Made by a program: the position numbers and the translations under genes | Notes under the pieces: model-generated | Told to the model about the DNA's origin: nothing | The model's database searches: none | Seen by the model: only the letters and a program-made list of their open reading frames with translations | Source of the DNA: Macrostomum lignano | Lineage: Eukaryota | Length of the DNA: 64,000 bases | Assembly: GCA_002269645.1 (NCBI GenBank) | Contig: NIVC01002426.1 | Coordinates: forward strand, 124,001-188,000 | Direction: 5' to 3' | In this document: positions 63,630 through 64,000 of the stretch, piece after piece | How positions within the stretch are numbered: position 1 is the stretch's first letter | Layout of the letters: each line of letters starts with the position of its first letter

Positions 63630-63972
63630 AGCCTCAGAAACAAAGACCTTAACCGAGTGACACTAGCCTAAGAAACAAAGACCTTAACCGAGTGACACTA
63701 GCCTCAGAAACAAAGACCTTAACCGAGTGACACTAGCCTCAGAAACAAAGACCTTAACCGAGTGACACTAGCCTCAGAAACAAAGACCTTAACCGAGAGA
63801 CACTAGCCTCAGAAACAAAGACCTTAACAGGGAGACACTAGCCTCAGAAACAAAGACCTTAACCGAGAGACACTAGCCTCAGAAACAAAGACCTTAACCG
63901 AGAGACACTAGCCTCAGAAACAAAGACCTTAACCGAGAGACACTAGCCTCAGAAACAAAGACCTTAACAGGG
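63630..63972. repeat. 35-bp minisatellite (ctagcctcagaaacaaagaccttaaccgagtgaca)n
   Basis: Direct reading, about 10 copies. Confidence 0.95.
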
Positions 63973-64000
63973 TTGATGATTCAAGAAACAAAGAGGATCG

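Overview
This is eukaryotic (metazoan) genomic DNA, not prokaryotic. GC-rich exons are separated by AT-rich introns, many filled by their own minisatellite array. That architecture is consistent with a free-living flatworm such as Macrostomum, but the taxon is an inference. Hand-spliced gene models: (1) prostanoid EP4-like GPCR (-, 2 coding exons); (2) intronless divergent Rab-like GTPase (+), head-to-head with it; (3) an 81-aa Cys-rich, probably lipidated micro-protein (+); (4) RANBP9/10 (-, 4 exons); (5) NOC2L (+, 4 exons); (6) TMEM39 (-, 6 exons); (7) a LOTUS-only gene and (8) a LOTUS+Tudor (TDRD5/Tejas-like) gene in tandem (-); (9) the 3' end of a gene whose last exon resembles small bacterial proteins (-). 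Mobile DNA includes a Penelope-like RT fragment broken by fold-back at its catalytic motif, and a Mutator/Foldback-like element with minisatellite arms that carries a nested solo LTR. There are also two MITE-like elements, an inverted pair of a dispersed repeat, and a retroposon-like insertion in a microsatellite. Most long ORFs in the supplied track are artefacts of tandem repeats. All homology calls come from remembered motifs; no search was run.
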